This document shows, in pieces, positions 1 through 12,619 of a stretch of 64,000 bases of DNA; positions within the stretch are counted from its first letter, which is position 1, and every line of letters starts with the position of its first letter. Source of the DNA: Octopus vulgaris (taxonomy: Eukaryota); NCBI GenBank assembly GCA_951406725.2, contig OX597818.1:1-64000 (forward strand), read 5' to 3'. Both the position numbers and the translations under genes were made by a program. The notes under the pieces were generated by a model. That model saw only the letters and a list, made by a program, of their open reading frames with translations. It did not search any database and was not told where the DNA came from.

Positions 1-488
1 TGTGTTGCCGTCCATGATAAAGAAGTTTTGAATGCTTGCCATGGTGAGTCTACTGTCGTGAGAAAGAATCACTTCAAAAATTGGTGTTTACGAATTTTCT
101 TTTACATCAAGTTCAAAATTAAACTGTCAATACGTTGCTATCCGTCATTAAGAAATGCCAGCCATGGTGACTCTACTATCCTCACATTCTATCCCTTCAA
201 ACTTTAGTTTCCAATATTTTATTATTTTTATTCACCTCGCAAGTTCGTCTGTCCCTTTTAAATGTTAGCATTTTGCTGTCTGCCTTGAAGCAGACCTTTC
301 CGTTGCCACTGCCTGATATTTATGATTGATCTTTCTAAATATTTTATTTCTCAACTTACTCAAGATCTTCTGTTGTTTATAAATGGGAGAGAGATAGAGA
401 AAGATAGAGAGTAAGAGAAAGCGAGGGAGAGTCCGAGAGAAAAGAAAAGTAAGAGAGTGGGAAAGTGAGAGAGAAACAAAGACGGAGA

Positions 489-866
489 ATCATCATCATC
501 ATCATCGTTTAACGTCCGTTTTCCGTGCTAGCACGGGTTGGACAGTGTGACCGGGGTCTGGGAAGCCAGGAGGCTGCTCCAGGCTCCAGTCTGATCTGGC
601 AGTGTTTCTACAGGTGGATGACCTTCCTAACGCTAACCACTCTGTGAGTGTAGTGGGTGCTTTTTTCGTGCCGCTGGCACAGGTGCCAGGGGGGCTCGCT
701 GCGGAAACGATCGGTTGGTGCTTTTTATGTGCCACCGGCACAGAAGCAAGTCAAGGCGGCGCTACAATCGGCCACGTTCGGATGGTGCTTTTTACGTGCT
801 GAAAGGGAGCAACAGAAAGTAACGACCACACTCTTACCCGCGCGTAGAGCGGGTCACCTTCAGCTA
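489..866 (-). mobile_element. RTE-3'UTR-related short repeat (family C) with (GAT)n tail
   Basis: Starts catcatcatcgtttaacgtccgttttcc; same sequence as the 3' UTR of the RTE at 31855-32470 and the copies at 11175 and 12620. Confidence 0.8.
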
Positions 867-894
867 GTATATATATACATACATAATATATATA

Positions 895-1171
895 CTTTAT
901 CATTATTAAAGCAACAAAAACATTAAAAAAATGACAAAACACTTCCACTCATAGTTTCACATTCCCGTACGTCAAACAGTTTAGATTTTCAATTAGATTG
1001 AGAATCTAAACTGTCTGACAAACGAGAATGTGAAACTCTGAGTAGCAGTTCTTTTATGATATTTCTGTGATGCTTTTGCAGCTTTAATAATAATAAAGCA
1101 TATTACTCTACTTCTGATATTTGAGTACTATTTTTTCCTACCTTGTTTCATATTTATGTGTTTACTTTGGT
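895..1171. mobile_element. PLE-type foldback element (inverted arms, 3-nt loop, ~70-nt tail on right arm)
   Basis: 895-993 is the reverse complement of 997-~1099; flanked by (TA)n/(TG)n. Confidence 0.8.
1009..1050 (+). ncRNA. Type I hammerhead ribozyme motif, G8>A core variant
   Basis: AACTGT-CTGACAA-AC..GT-GAAA-CTC T GAG-TA-GCAGTT: stems I, II and III all pair. Confidence 0.7.
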
Positions 1172-1479
1172 CTGTGTATATATGTGTGTGTGTGTGTGTG
1201 TATAGCTAGATATATATGTGTATATATACATATATCTTTCTTCTGCTCCCTCTGACACTTTTGCTGTTTCCTACTCTCTCTCACTGGGTAACAATATACC
1301 TCCTCTATAGCAAGACACCTATTTCTGCCTCTATTTCTCTGTTACACTCTAACCTTTCATCATCTGATACTGGATCACTTCATTTAATGCCCACTCAGTT
1401 GTGGCAAGACACCTGATTCTGTCTCTCAATCATACTCTAACCTTTCCTCCTCAAATGCCCCTGCCTCACTCAGAATTCC

Positions 1480-1775
1480 TTGTCGTGCGAGTTTCTTGGT
1501 TAGCCAGCCAGAGCTGGTGCCATGTTAAAAGCATCCAATCTGCACTGCAATGTGGTTGGCATTTGGAAGGGTATCTAGCTGTAAAAATCATGCCAAAACT
1601 ACCCTCGCCTGTGCTAGTGTCACGTGAAAAGCAATGAGTCCACTCTGCAGAGTGGTTGGTGTCAGGAGGGGCCAAAATAGACACAGAAGCCTTGGGTAGA
1701 TTTTCTACCTGACCAGCTCCTGTCAGCCATCATACCCATGCATGCACGGAAGATGAACATATGACAATGATGATG
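1480..1775 (+). mobile_element. Degenerate family C repeat
   Basis: gagtggttggtgtcaggagggg...catgcacggaagatgaacat..gatgatg resembles family C 3' end. Confidence 0.6.
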
Positions 1776-1903
1776 CGTGTGTGTGCATGCATGCGTGTGT
1801 GCATGTGTGTGTATGTGTATGCATGTGTGTGTGTGTGTGTGTGTGTGTGTCTCCTGTAAAAAATCCTTAAACAAACATAAAACATTTCAGGGTATACTTT
1901 TTG

Positions 1904-1986
1904 TTCCCACTGAAGATATTATGCTCAGAAATATGAACTTAATATTTAATTAACTCACTGTGTATAACTGAAACAGCTGTAAGGGA
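1904..1986 (+). ncRNA. Degenerate type I hammerhead motif in PLE-like terminal fragment
   Basis: TCCCA-CTGAAGA...GAAA-CAGCTG-TA-AGGGA, followed by AATAAA; base of stem II mismatched. Confidence 0.6.
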
Positions 1987-2098
1987 TAATGTTCAATTTG
2001 TTGTCGATAATAAACTCTTAACCTTACAATCACCATTGTCTTCTTCTTCTATATATATATCTGAGTGAGTGCAAATACATGTGATTGGAACGCTTGAC

Positions 2099-2548
2099 AT
2101 TTACATTATTTACAATTGACAGATATTTGTCCTCATCTTGTTTGTTGTTAACACAACATTTTGGCTGATATACTCTCCAGCCTTCATCAGGTATCTTAGG
2201 GAAATGTTGAACCTGAGTTCTCATTCCTAAGGTATTTTTCGACATTATTATTATTATTATTCAGGTCACTGTCTGGAATCGAACTCGGAATCTTGGAGTT
2301 AGTAACCCTTAGGCATATGGCGAAGTGGTGACCTGAATGATGATAATGATAATAATAATTATAATATCGAAAAATACCTTAGGAATGAGATCCCAGGTTC
2401 AAAATTTCCTCAAGACACCTGATGTAGGCTGGAGGGTATATTAGCCAAAACGTTGTGTTAACAACAAACAAGATGAGGACAAATATCCGTCAATTGTAAA
2501 AAATGTAAATAATGTACATAATTCTTCTTCTCTTAAATATAGAACTGT
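2099..2548. mobile_element. tRNA-head + hammerhead palindromic element, copy 1
   Basis: ~170-nt inverted arms, central tRNA-like fragments, HHR-like motifs at 2150-2195(-) and 2414-2459(+); cttgacatt repeated at both flanks; homologous to 50097-50580. Confidence 0.85.
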
Positions 2549-3133
2549 ATTGTCTTGACATTGTAATGTAGTTGTAAATGAATGTCACCATCAAACAAGC
2601 GGTGTCATTCATTTCCAGACATTTGCGAAAATATGTCCAGCCATTGGAAAATATTATCCGATTTGGGAGCAGATAATGATTGGTGACAGGAAGAGCACCC
2701 TAATGAATTCCATCAATCTCAGACAACTATGGTGAGACTCTCAGTATGAGTATCTACTCATATATTCTGGAATATAATGATGTTACAGAAGGCCCACTAC
2801 CTGCAATCATTAAATTGAGTAAAAATACATTACAAAAATGATACTGACCATAAATTAATAATCAAAAGAATGTTTATACTTAAGAAAATCTAATAATAGA
2901 AAAGAAAACATGTCATCCAAAATGCAATACAGAGAAATTCTTCAGTCAGTTTGGGAGCAACAGCTAACTGAAGTGTTCTCAATATTATTACAGCACTTAA
3001 GATGTACTTCACAATGTCTGTCATGAGCTGGGAAACCAGAAGGAATTTTTCAAACTTATCCTTTAGAAAAGAACAAATTTTGGTTTACTATGACTCTGCT
3101 TAAATTCTGTTTTGATATTAGCTCTAAAAAACA

Positions 3134-3350
3134 GGGTGGTGAGCTGGCAGAATTGTTAGCTTGCTGGACAAAATACTTAGTGGTATTTCATCCATCTTTA
3201 AATTGTGAGTTCAAATTCTACCAAGGTTGATTTTGCCTTTCATCCTTTCAGTGTTAATAAAATAAGTACCATTTGAGAACTGGGATCTATGTAGTCAACT
3301 TACTCCCTTCCTCAAACTTGCTGGCCTTGTGCCAAAATTTGGAACAGATA
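3134..3350 (+). mobile_element. tRNA-derived SINE, family A
   Basis: ggtgagctggcagaa..gagttcaaattc head plus gcctttcatcctttc..ataaaataagtacc central domain. Confidence 0.85.
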
Positions 3351-3594
3351 TTATCTCTAGAAAATGACATTGCAAAGAAACTCTCATATGACAAAACTTT
3401 GCATGAATATGATGCTTGCAAAAAAAAAATAGAAAAAAGTATTTTGTAAAATGTGGTTCATTGTGTTAAAAATGAAAAATATTAACTGTAGATTTTGCTA
3501 GGTCTTATTTCATCAATCTGTGATGCATCATGCATATAGATAATGCCTAATTTTCATTATCACCAAACTTTTGTTATTATATTTCTATAGCAAT

Positions 3595-3788
3595 ACATTG
3601 ATCTTGTTTCAATAAATTTTGAAACTAATGATAAACTTACTCAAATAACTATTATGTCATTATGCAGCTGGTATGTAGAAAATAAATTAACTTGAAATTT
3701 TGATGAGAAGGTTTTAATTAAAAAAAAAACTGAGTTTGTATCACAGAACCAGGGATGATCACAGGCAGGTTTGTATCAAAAGGATAAC
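3595..3788. mobile_element. piggyBac-like MITE fragment
   Basis: Homologous to 50700-50902; both end near gtatcaaaagggttaa-like sequence (TTAA CCC-type terminus). Confidence 0.45.
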
Positions 3789-4394
3789 GATATAATAAAT
3801 TCTATGGCCTCTCAGACCTTGTTGAATGTTGACCAGTTGTTACTGATGGCGAAGAAGCCTCCACAATAGCTCAAACTTCAGGGTTCTAAGTGTTTCATGT
3901 TAGTTTGATGTATCATTTTTCTATTTTGCTAGAAATTTATTTTTCTTTTGAAAATCAATGGTAAGAATGAAGCTTGTCCACCCTATAAACAATTTCACTA
4001 ATCTGCCACTCTGAGTTGATATTTTATCGATTCTCCATTCCCCATCCCCCACCACCCCATGGAAAAACAAAGTTAACCTCAGTCTATGTAGGATTTGAAA
4101 TTCAAGCACAGAGAGTTAGAATGAAATATCACAAGTTATTTTGACTGATGCTCTACCAACTCTCTAAATTTGCTGTCGTCATGTTTAAATGAAAACCTTC
4201 CATCATATTTTATGAAAGAACCTTTTATATTTCAAACACCATATCAATAACAGCAAAGTTAACAAATGAAATTAATGAAAACTTTTCAGTAGCATATATC
4301 ATTAGAAAGGGTTAAAGAAGGAACCTAAAAGAATTTAGAGAATATATATATATATATATACATACACACACACAGCCACCTGGTATGGGGAAGG

Positions 4395-4626
4395 GGTGCA
4401 AGCTGGCAGAAACGTTAGCACGCCGGGCGAAATGCTTAGCGGTATTTCATCTGCCGCTATGTTTTGAGTTCAAATTCCGCCGAGGTCGACTTTGCCTTTC
4501 ATCCTTTCGGGGTCGATAAATTAAGTACCAGTTACGCACTGGGGTCGATGTAATCGACTTAATACCTATGTCTGTCCATGTTTGTCCCCCCTGTGTTTAG
4601 CCCCTTGTGGGTAGTAAAGAAATAGG
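4395..4626 (+). mobile_element. tRNA-derived SINE, family A, young CpG-rich copy
   Basis: gagttcaaattccgccgaggtcgactttgcctttcatcctttcggggtcgataaattaagtacc. Confidence 0.9.
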
Positions 4627-5365
4627 TACTAGGTTGAAACAGTAAGCATAAACACTCTACAATCAGTAATGAGTCCTTTATTCAGGGCATATTTAGGGTA
4701 CTTAAGCACAAACCTATAAAACACACACACACACGACAGGTCTTTCCTCAACCAAGTCCCACTCACAAACTATTGATCAATCTGAGACTCTGGTAGAAAA
4801 TACCCAAGATATCAAGCAGAGAAATTGAACCAAGAACTACATGGTTGTAAAGTAAATATTTTAACTCTATATCCCTGTGGTTTCCAATGAAACCATGGTA
4901 TGGACCTAAGACACCAATACCCTAATGCATCATTCACATAGTTCACAGATTCTAACGGATATGTTCATATCCATAAATTGTAAAGTCTTATTGCTGGTGG
5001 TGTGATGTTGTTTAGCCCTGGGCCAAGCCTAACTGATCAGACCTGTGATCAAAAGCATGATGATTATCATGTCATTTATGTACTGTAGAAGAATGCATCA
5101 AAGACTACAATGATTTAGAAGATATTTAGTTACTATTTCTAGCAGTTTGCATATTAACAGAGTGGCTCCTTCATCAGTAAATACCATAGTACTATGTATT
5201 TATATAGATATCTGCTATACATGACACTATGTTTATAAATATATGTATTATGTCTCCTCAATCCTACTAGTTTTGGTCCTTTTCAGGCACCTAATCAAAT
5301 GCTACACACACCCATCTAATCCTAACCACAAACACATTGTGTGTATATGCGCTTGAATGTGTGTG

Positions 5366-5418
<53 letters not shown>

Positions 5419-5834
5419 TGTCATCAGAAACCTCATCCAAAACCTGTATATTATCAATCCACATATAGATTGTATACATAGTCACTACAATTAGTGACTT
5501 CACCAAACAGGGAAACCCAATTAGCATAAAACAGCATAAAAAAGCATATTGCTAGTAGCTAGTTGTCATACAAATCTCCACTGATCAATAACAAGGATTC
5601 TATTGGTATTTTCCTGATATATCCAATTACAACCATGCAGTATTGACTCTATAGTACTGTTACAGTATTAGCATATCAACAATCAGCTATGTCTGTGTGT
5701 ATGGTGTACAACAGAGAGATAGTTACTATATGAGACATTGTTTTTATATCTATAAATCTATATAGGAGATACAGTAACTGTATATGTCTATGAGTCTTTA
5801 CACAAACAGATAGTTACTTCTTTCAATTCATCAA

Positions 5835-6400
5835 AAAGTAATGGTTTCATAAGAGTTTCCCCATGTCTTTACACAGTACTTTGCATTCTTATTGAACTCT
5901 AACAAAAAGGCTTTTGAGTTGCAGGTGTTAGGTAGTAGAGGGCAGAGAAGGCATTGCCATAGTATGATCTGCTTGTCCACATTCACAGGTGGTTGGGCTA
6001 GTCTTGTGATACCCTTTGACCAAAGCAACTTTTGAACATCCTGTTCTCATTCTTAGGTAGTTGAATGTTTTCCACTAAATCTATGGTGCCTCTGAGACAA
6101 TAAGGAGGTTTTCTCATATTAGTTTGAGAAGAATTTTTCTTGGGCTTTTCCAACCAAAGCTGGAATCTAGTTTCTTCCTGAGATGTTGCTGAGAGCAGGA
6201 CCTGGTTGAAGAGACTTCTTGACTTCAGTCATTTGACAGGGTGTGGGGTGGAGGTTGACATCCCTAGAGGAGGTGGCATTCATCAACACTAGGATCAAGG
6301 TAGAAGTGTTCTCATCAAAATTTCTGTCAACACTTGGTATTACCAGTGAATTCAACCAAACATTTTGAAGCTAAGTTGATAATTGCTATATCTATATGGA
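5835..6400 (-). pseudogene. Decayed LINE 3' end, Vingi/Ingi-like
   Basis: Frameshifted translation gives LKSRSLF, FNYLRMRTG, TTCECGQADHTM and LLCPLLP (C-terminal CCHC knuckle). Confidence 0.6.
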
Positions 6401-7389
6401 AGAATGTCTTTATACCAATTAGGTATCGAGTATATGACACAGTCTTTAAATAAATAAAATAACTATATAAATATCACACATACATATAGTAACTATACCA
6501 TTCATAAATATAGTGATACTGTGATGCAGTTACCAAAACTATCACACACTGTTTTTATATCTATATCTCTCTCTATATATATGTAGATAGACACAATGAC
6601 AACATGAGTGTGTGTTGTTTCAAATAACCAGTGAAGATTTCTTTCATTGTGTCTTAATGAAGGCAGAAAGAGCGATTAACAAATGGAGATTGTTACATCA
6701 ATGAAATAAGTAACTTATTTCCTGATAGCTTCAAGACAGTAAGAAAGAAGTGGTGATGGCCCACCAATAAATTACCATTCTGGAAATACCGTTGGACAAC
6801 CAACCAACAATCAATTCAATAAACTACTGTAAGAAAGTTTACCATGTCTGTTGCCTCTGGCTATACAAGATAAAGAACAACTATTCAGTAGACAATTTCC
6901 AAATGACAAAAGCGACACTATCCTACAGCTTGCATTGATTAAGTTATTTTATATAACAATGTTGAGTAAAATGGAAACTGCTCGAATTCCTTACCCCCCT
7001 CATCTATACCACCACACCCCACTTTCTCCTCGAGACTCAAAAGTAAAGAATTGAATTGAATTGGTAGTTTACTGAGGACCATCCGGAAAGGAAGCTGATA
7101 AGCACACTCAAGTCGGACTTCCATACACAGCAGTAAACAACATGGAGTTGATTAGTGTGATTATCATTAACATTGTTGTATGTAATATTGTTTATTGAAG
7201 TGAAGAATAAAAAATATAATTCTCTCAGACAAGAATTGTCTTCAGGAACAAAACAAGCAAAATTAATCTAAGTAAACATGTTGTACTAAATCCTTCACTG
7301 CAGTTCTGTTGGCTCTATGACTTGGTAGTACATCAAACACACACTCTCTTTCTCTCCTTCTGTACGTGACTGTGTGTGTGTGTGTGTTC

Positions 7390-8630
7390 ATGACAACCAT
7401 GATAGTAGATTCAGCCTCACCAGGTCACAGAAGGGAAGATCACCTTATCACTTCGGCAGTGAAGAAAAGCACCACTGAGTGCTGGAGTGGCTGGACCATA
7501 CCCACCAAGGACCCTTAGAACAACAATCAGGTGAAAAATTGACTGCACATGCAATAGGGGCTAGCATAAGAATCACCTTAAAAAACCACATAGTTAAGTT
7601 TAACAGGCAACTATACATGCAGGTTCATGGTGCAGCCATTGGTGTCAGTTTGACTGGAGATGTAGCTGGCATCTTTATGACCTGGTGGAACAGAAAACTT
7701 AAACAATACTTAGCAGAACAATCCACAACTGTTTTGCTTTACTGTAGGTATGCAGATGAGATTAATATTCTAGTTAAGACAAACTCTAGTAAGTGTAATG
7801 TAGAAACTGAGAGGAGCATCATGGAGAGCTTCCAGCACACAGCTAGCTCCATCCATCGAAGTATCAAGGTAACTATAGATTATCCCACTAGGTACCCTAA
7901 CAATAGACTCTCTGTCCTTGATACTGAACTTTAGTTAGAGACTGTGACAACAGAGTGCAGCTCCCCCACTCCTATTACATGAAACCATGGCTTCTAAATA
8001 TGTTTTTCACAAGAACTTAGCTTTATCAAACAACATGAAAATCAACATACTGATAGCAGACAAAGTTAGGATAATGAATAGCATGTCCCCACCCCCTATG
8101 CAACCCTATGAAACAAACAAAGAAACATGTACAGAACTTCATGCACCACATGCAATTCTCTAGATATGACCAAAAAGATAGGATTCAGGTATACAGGGGA
8201 GTTAGAAAGCAGTTAGCATCATTTGCAATGAAACCAGTGGTACCTGCCCTGGATACAGAGAGCTCGTGACAAAGCAAACAGAGTGAACACATGGTACAAG
8301 GCCGACAAATATCAAGGAGTGATGTTTGTAGAGGCCACAGCCCATGAAGAACTAGCTCACAGATTTAGGAAAGCTCTGAAGGAGACCAAACTCAGCATTA
8401 AGATCACTGAAAAGCCAAGACCAGCCTCAGATTGCCCAACAATACAACCTCTTTAAAAACCTGACAGTTCTACTGAATTTTTTGTGTGCGGCATGGTTAC
8501 TCTTCGCAAATGTTTAATATAATGGCACTTGAAATGAAAAAGAACAATTACATTGTAAATTCTACACTGATGAAAACATTAAGATGCTTAGATCAGAAAT
8601 TTTGAAAATTAAAGGTGTCTATTTACTTCT
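7390..8630 (+). pseudogene. Decayed Penelope-like element (RT, thumb, 3' end)
   Basis: LYMQVHGAAIGVSLTGDVAGIFM, YCRYADEI and NRLSVLD match PLE RT motifs; CTGATGA..GAAA HHR-like relic at 8563-8619. Confidence 0.8.
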
Positions 8631-8642
8631 TGCATGTCTGTC

Positions 8643-8717
<75 letters not shown>

Positions 8718-9332
8718 TACACATATTTATATATTCATGCATCTGTATATATCTTTATAGATATTTATGTGCATGTGTGTGTGAAAAAAATATATATAGG
8801 ATTTAGTCCTAGATTAACTAATAAATAATGTTTGGACAATAAAATGTGTCTGAGATGGTGATGATCATGACTAGTATGTTTTTTGATCAGTGATTTCTCT
8901 GGGTCAGTACTGACCTAGGACTAAAATACCAATCCCAAACTCTAATTTTGATCTTGATCGAAAAGAAAAGCTAACAAAAAGCCTATTGATGTTACGCAGG
9001 CCTTTCTTTCTTCACCTGTTACTTGAACTCCTACACCTTGAGATTAAAAGTTGTACTACAACCTATCTTACTCAACCAACTCATTAATCCACATCTGGGT
9101 AAGTTTCAATAATATTTTCTATCCAAATGTCTTCCCTAAATATCAAACACAAGAATACAGAAAAGACCCAACTTTGTCATTATTAAAATTACGAAAGCTT
9201 CATCCAGCAACATTGAATTTTCCTTTCAGAATAGAGGAATGATTTCTGCTAATTCCTTGATTTCATTAATGGTACAGAAACCCCCTGTCTGTCGGAACAT
9301 TCAGCAGCAGTTACTATTGGTGATTGTTTGTA

Positions 9333-9545
9333 AGGCAGTGAATTTGCAGAATTGTTAGTGTTGAAAAAGTACTTTGCAGTATTTGTTCCAGCTCTTTAGG
9401 TTTCAAGCTCAAGACCAACCAAGGTCAACTTTACTTTTTATCCTTCTGGAGTTGATAAAACAAAGTACCAGTCAAATACTCGGATTAATAACATTGACAA
9501 ATTACCTCCCTTAAAACTGGTTACCTAATGGCTAAATCAGAAATG
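9333..9545 (+). mobile_element. tRNA-derived SINE, family A, old copy
   Basis: ggcagtgaatttgcagaattgttag...gttgataaaacaaagtaccag. Confidence 0.65.
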
Positions 9546-10392
9546 TTGTTGTTATAAGAATCATTATTGTTTTAGATCGATTTGTAGCAATCTCATGCAG
9601 ATGTCATTATTTCCAACATCGTTACATGTTTTATTGAAACCAACCAGAAAATATACCTCACAGACAGACTTGTAGTCTGTCAGTCAACACGATTAGTTTA
9701 GACTCATTATTGTCAAGTGCATTATTGCATTATTTTATCCAATCAGTTTACCTATTCAGATATTTTAGCTAATCAGAACCTAGTACACAGCAGATCCAGA
9801 GTATGACAATATTAAACAAATGAAAATTTATTCAAACTACTGGCTGTGGCTTGTCACATTTCACTTAACACAAGTCCATATCTCTACTTTTGATTTCCAT
9901 TCAAGCAACAACCATGTGTAAACTGTTACTCTGCTACCTCAATTCATCCTCTCCTTCAATTAGTCAGTCATAAGACTTGGTCTAGACTCAACAGGATAAT
10001 TTCTTCCATTTCAAATACATGCACACTTATTTGATTTTTATTTGAGTGATGGCCATTTATCTGCCCGCTTACATTTACTCAACAACAAATTATTCCCATG
10101 ACACACAACAAGAAGATCTATGGACATTTTCCAAAACATTTCTACAACAAATTATCGAACTAATTTATCAATGTACCAAGTGTACATCTATGTAAATTTT
10201 TCCTTAAATTTTTGTAAATTGACATCTGAAATTTTCAAGTATGAATTCCATCCTATTTCAGCCTGTATTCAAAAAGTATGCGTAATTATTGCCATATTTT
10301 CTCAATAACAACCATTGAAATCTAAGATCTACTAACACATACATATATATAAATATACATATATACATACGTGTGTGTATGTATGTATATAT

Positions 10393-10425
<33 letters not shown>

Positions 10426-10426
10426 A

Positions 10427-10465
<39 letters not shown>

Positions 10466-10475
10466 TAATAATAAT

Positions 10476-11172
10476 ATTACATACATATAAGAGGGATGAC
10501 GACTAAGTAGACATCCAATATGCTAGATGTAGACCCCATATGGACTGACCACTTAGAAAAGATTGTTCTCAAGAAAATTCAGCAAATGCCAGAATGTAAG
10601 CAATCAAGACAAATGAAAATATACAAAATAAAATGATTAGTCACATACCAGTTTCATTGTTACCATTTACATGTTTACATACGTAAACGTCTGCAATTCA
10701 TCAGTGTGACCGTCATGGAAAATATAATTCAAAGAACTATACACGAAACATCCACACGAGATGGAACATGCATACAATTTTGCCAATTATATTTGGGGGT
10801 ATATTTCAAAAGTCTTCATTTTGGCGCGAAGGTCACACTGGTGAACTGCGGACATTTACATATGTAAATATGTAAACGGTAACAACTAAACCTAATACGT
10901 GACTAATGATTATATTTTGTATCTTTTCATTTGTCTTGCTCGTTTACATTCTGGCATTTGCTGAATTTTCTTGAGAACAATCTTTTCTAAGTGGTCTGAC
11001 CATATGGGGTCCACATCTAGCATATTGGATGTCCATTTAGTGGTCATCCCTCTTATATGTATGCAATATAATTTTTCTGAATCTTCAGATTTTATCAATA
11101 TGCTAGGCTACTGCTTTAAAATTGATATCAATCAAATTAATATTCAATTTTTTACCCTAATTATTTAAATTT
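10476..11172. mobile_element. PLE-type foldback element (~235-nt inverted arms, ~105-nt tail)
   Basis: 10476-10711 is the reverse complement of 10831-11067. Confidence 0.85.
10640..10710 (-). ncRNA. Type I hammerhead ribozyme, intact core
   Basis: GTCACA-CTGATGA-ATTG..CAAT-GAAA-C TG G-TA-TGTGAC. Confidence 0.8.
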
Positions 11173-11174
11173 AT

Positions 11175-11930
11175 TGACTAGTGACCGAGACCTTTGGAAA
11201 TATGCCATGCATTAGAAGACCCGGCAAGCCAAATGAAACCATAATCTCATGGCTTATGCCAGGGGCGTAACCAGCCCACTTGTACGTAACCTTTTCCTTC
11301 TTCGGTCACTAAAACTCTGCTTGCGAAGACCTGCTGAGGCAAGTGAAATCAAATCAAATCAATCAAAAGCAAAATCAAAATCAAATTTGATGACTGGCGT
11401 CCGTGCTGGCAGGGTGCAAAAAGCACCATACGAGCATGATCATTGACAGAGCGGCTAACCAGCTTCCGTGCCAGTGGCATTTAAAGGGCACCATTCGAGT
11501 GTGATCGTTACCAGCATTGCCTAACTGGCACTTGTGCCCCTGCTAGTAGTGTGCCAAGAGCACCATCCCAGGGTGATCATTGCCAGAGCAGCCAACTGGC
11601 TTCCGTGCCAGTGGCACGTAAAAGGGCACCATTCGAGCGTGATCGTTACCAAAGTTGCCTTACTGGCACCTGTGCTGGTGGCATGTGTAAAAGGATTCGA
11701 GCGAGGTCGTTGCCAGTACCGCCTGACTGGCCCCCATGCAGGTGGCACGTAACAAGCACCCACTACACTCTCGGAGTGGTTGGCATTAGGAAAGGCATCC
11801 AACTGTAGAAACTCTCCCAAATCAAGATTGGAGACTGGTGCACCCATTTCATTCGCCAGCCCTCAGTCAAAATCGTCCAACCCATGCTAGTATGGAAAGC
11901 GGACGTTAAATGATGATGATGATGATGATG
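11175..11930 (+). mobile_element. RTE 3' end/3' UTR fragment (family C)
   Basis: Begins with the RTE C-terminus (TSDRDLWKYA) also seen at 32490-32520; internal ~110-bp repeats; (GAT)n tail. Confidence 0.85.
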
Positions 11931-11956
11931 ATATATATATATATATATATATATAT

Positions 11957-12168
11957 AACGGGAAGCTTTATGAAAATAAACAAAAGACGAAGGCAGGTGG
12001 AATACAAACAAACAATTGTATTAGTATGGCACTCAGGAATATAAATAAAACCAGTCTTTTACGTTTCGAGCCTACACTCTTCAACAGAAAGATACACGGA
12101 AAAGAAACACAGAAAGAAACAAAGAGAGAAAAAAATGCGTGCAGAGGCTAGCGAATCAACATGGCGAT

Positions 12169-12170
<2 letters not shown>
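11957..12170 (-). mobile_element. Short PLE-like terminal element with HHR variant (12055-12092)
   Basis: TCTTT-CTGTTGA-A-GAG TGTAGG CTC-GAAA-CG-TA-AAAGA; inside (TA)n; homologous to 29290-29445 and 35190-35325. Confidence 0.75.
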
Positions 12171-12210
<40 letters not shown>

Positions 12211-12619
12211 TTATATACCATATATATACATATCATTAAATACCATATATATACATATCATTAAATACCATATATATACACTATATATAGGAGAGTATTG
12301 TAGTTTGCTTGAAGCATTGTGTGTTGTTTGTAAAGAATAAAAAGTTTTGAATGGTACAACAATGAACTATAATACAGACAATAGCCTATATACCTGTTGT
12401 AATTTAGTCATCCATAATCTGATATATATTTCGGAATAATATTCCTTTTTCAGATATTCCGAGATGGAGTCACTGCTATAATCAGTTTTCCAACAGCTTT
12501 TTTTTTTCTTTTTTTTTTTTGGAAGCATCTCAACAGTGGTCTCACGACACTCCTTTCGGAATTCCTCATGAGAATTGTGTGAGGTCAGCCATGTCTCAAT
12601 CTTGTGTATGCTGGTATAT

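Noticed and set aside
1-50. Exon end CVAVHDKEVLNACH followed by gtgagt
   Set aside because: The gccatggtga.tctact motif recurs at ~161, suggesting repeat origin; no recognisable protein
7066-7140. CTGAGGA..GAAA GGAAG..CTTCC hammerhead-like motif
   Set aside because: Stem II is marginal, the cleavage triplet is out of register and stem I does not abut the core
11390-11760. Repeat-spacer pattern resembling a CRISPR array
   Set aside because: Degenerate tandem subrepeats of the RTE 3' UTR in a eukaryotic context; no cas genes
12538-12590. Minus-strand CTCATGA-GGAATTCC-GAAA..GTC motif
   Set aside because: Core G5 is mutated, stem III is unpaired and stem I needs a 6-nt bulge; too degenerate to call
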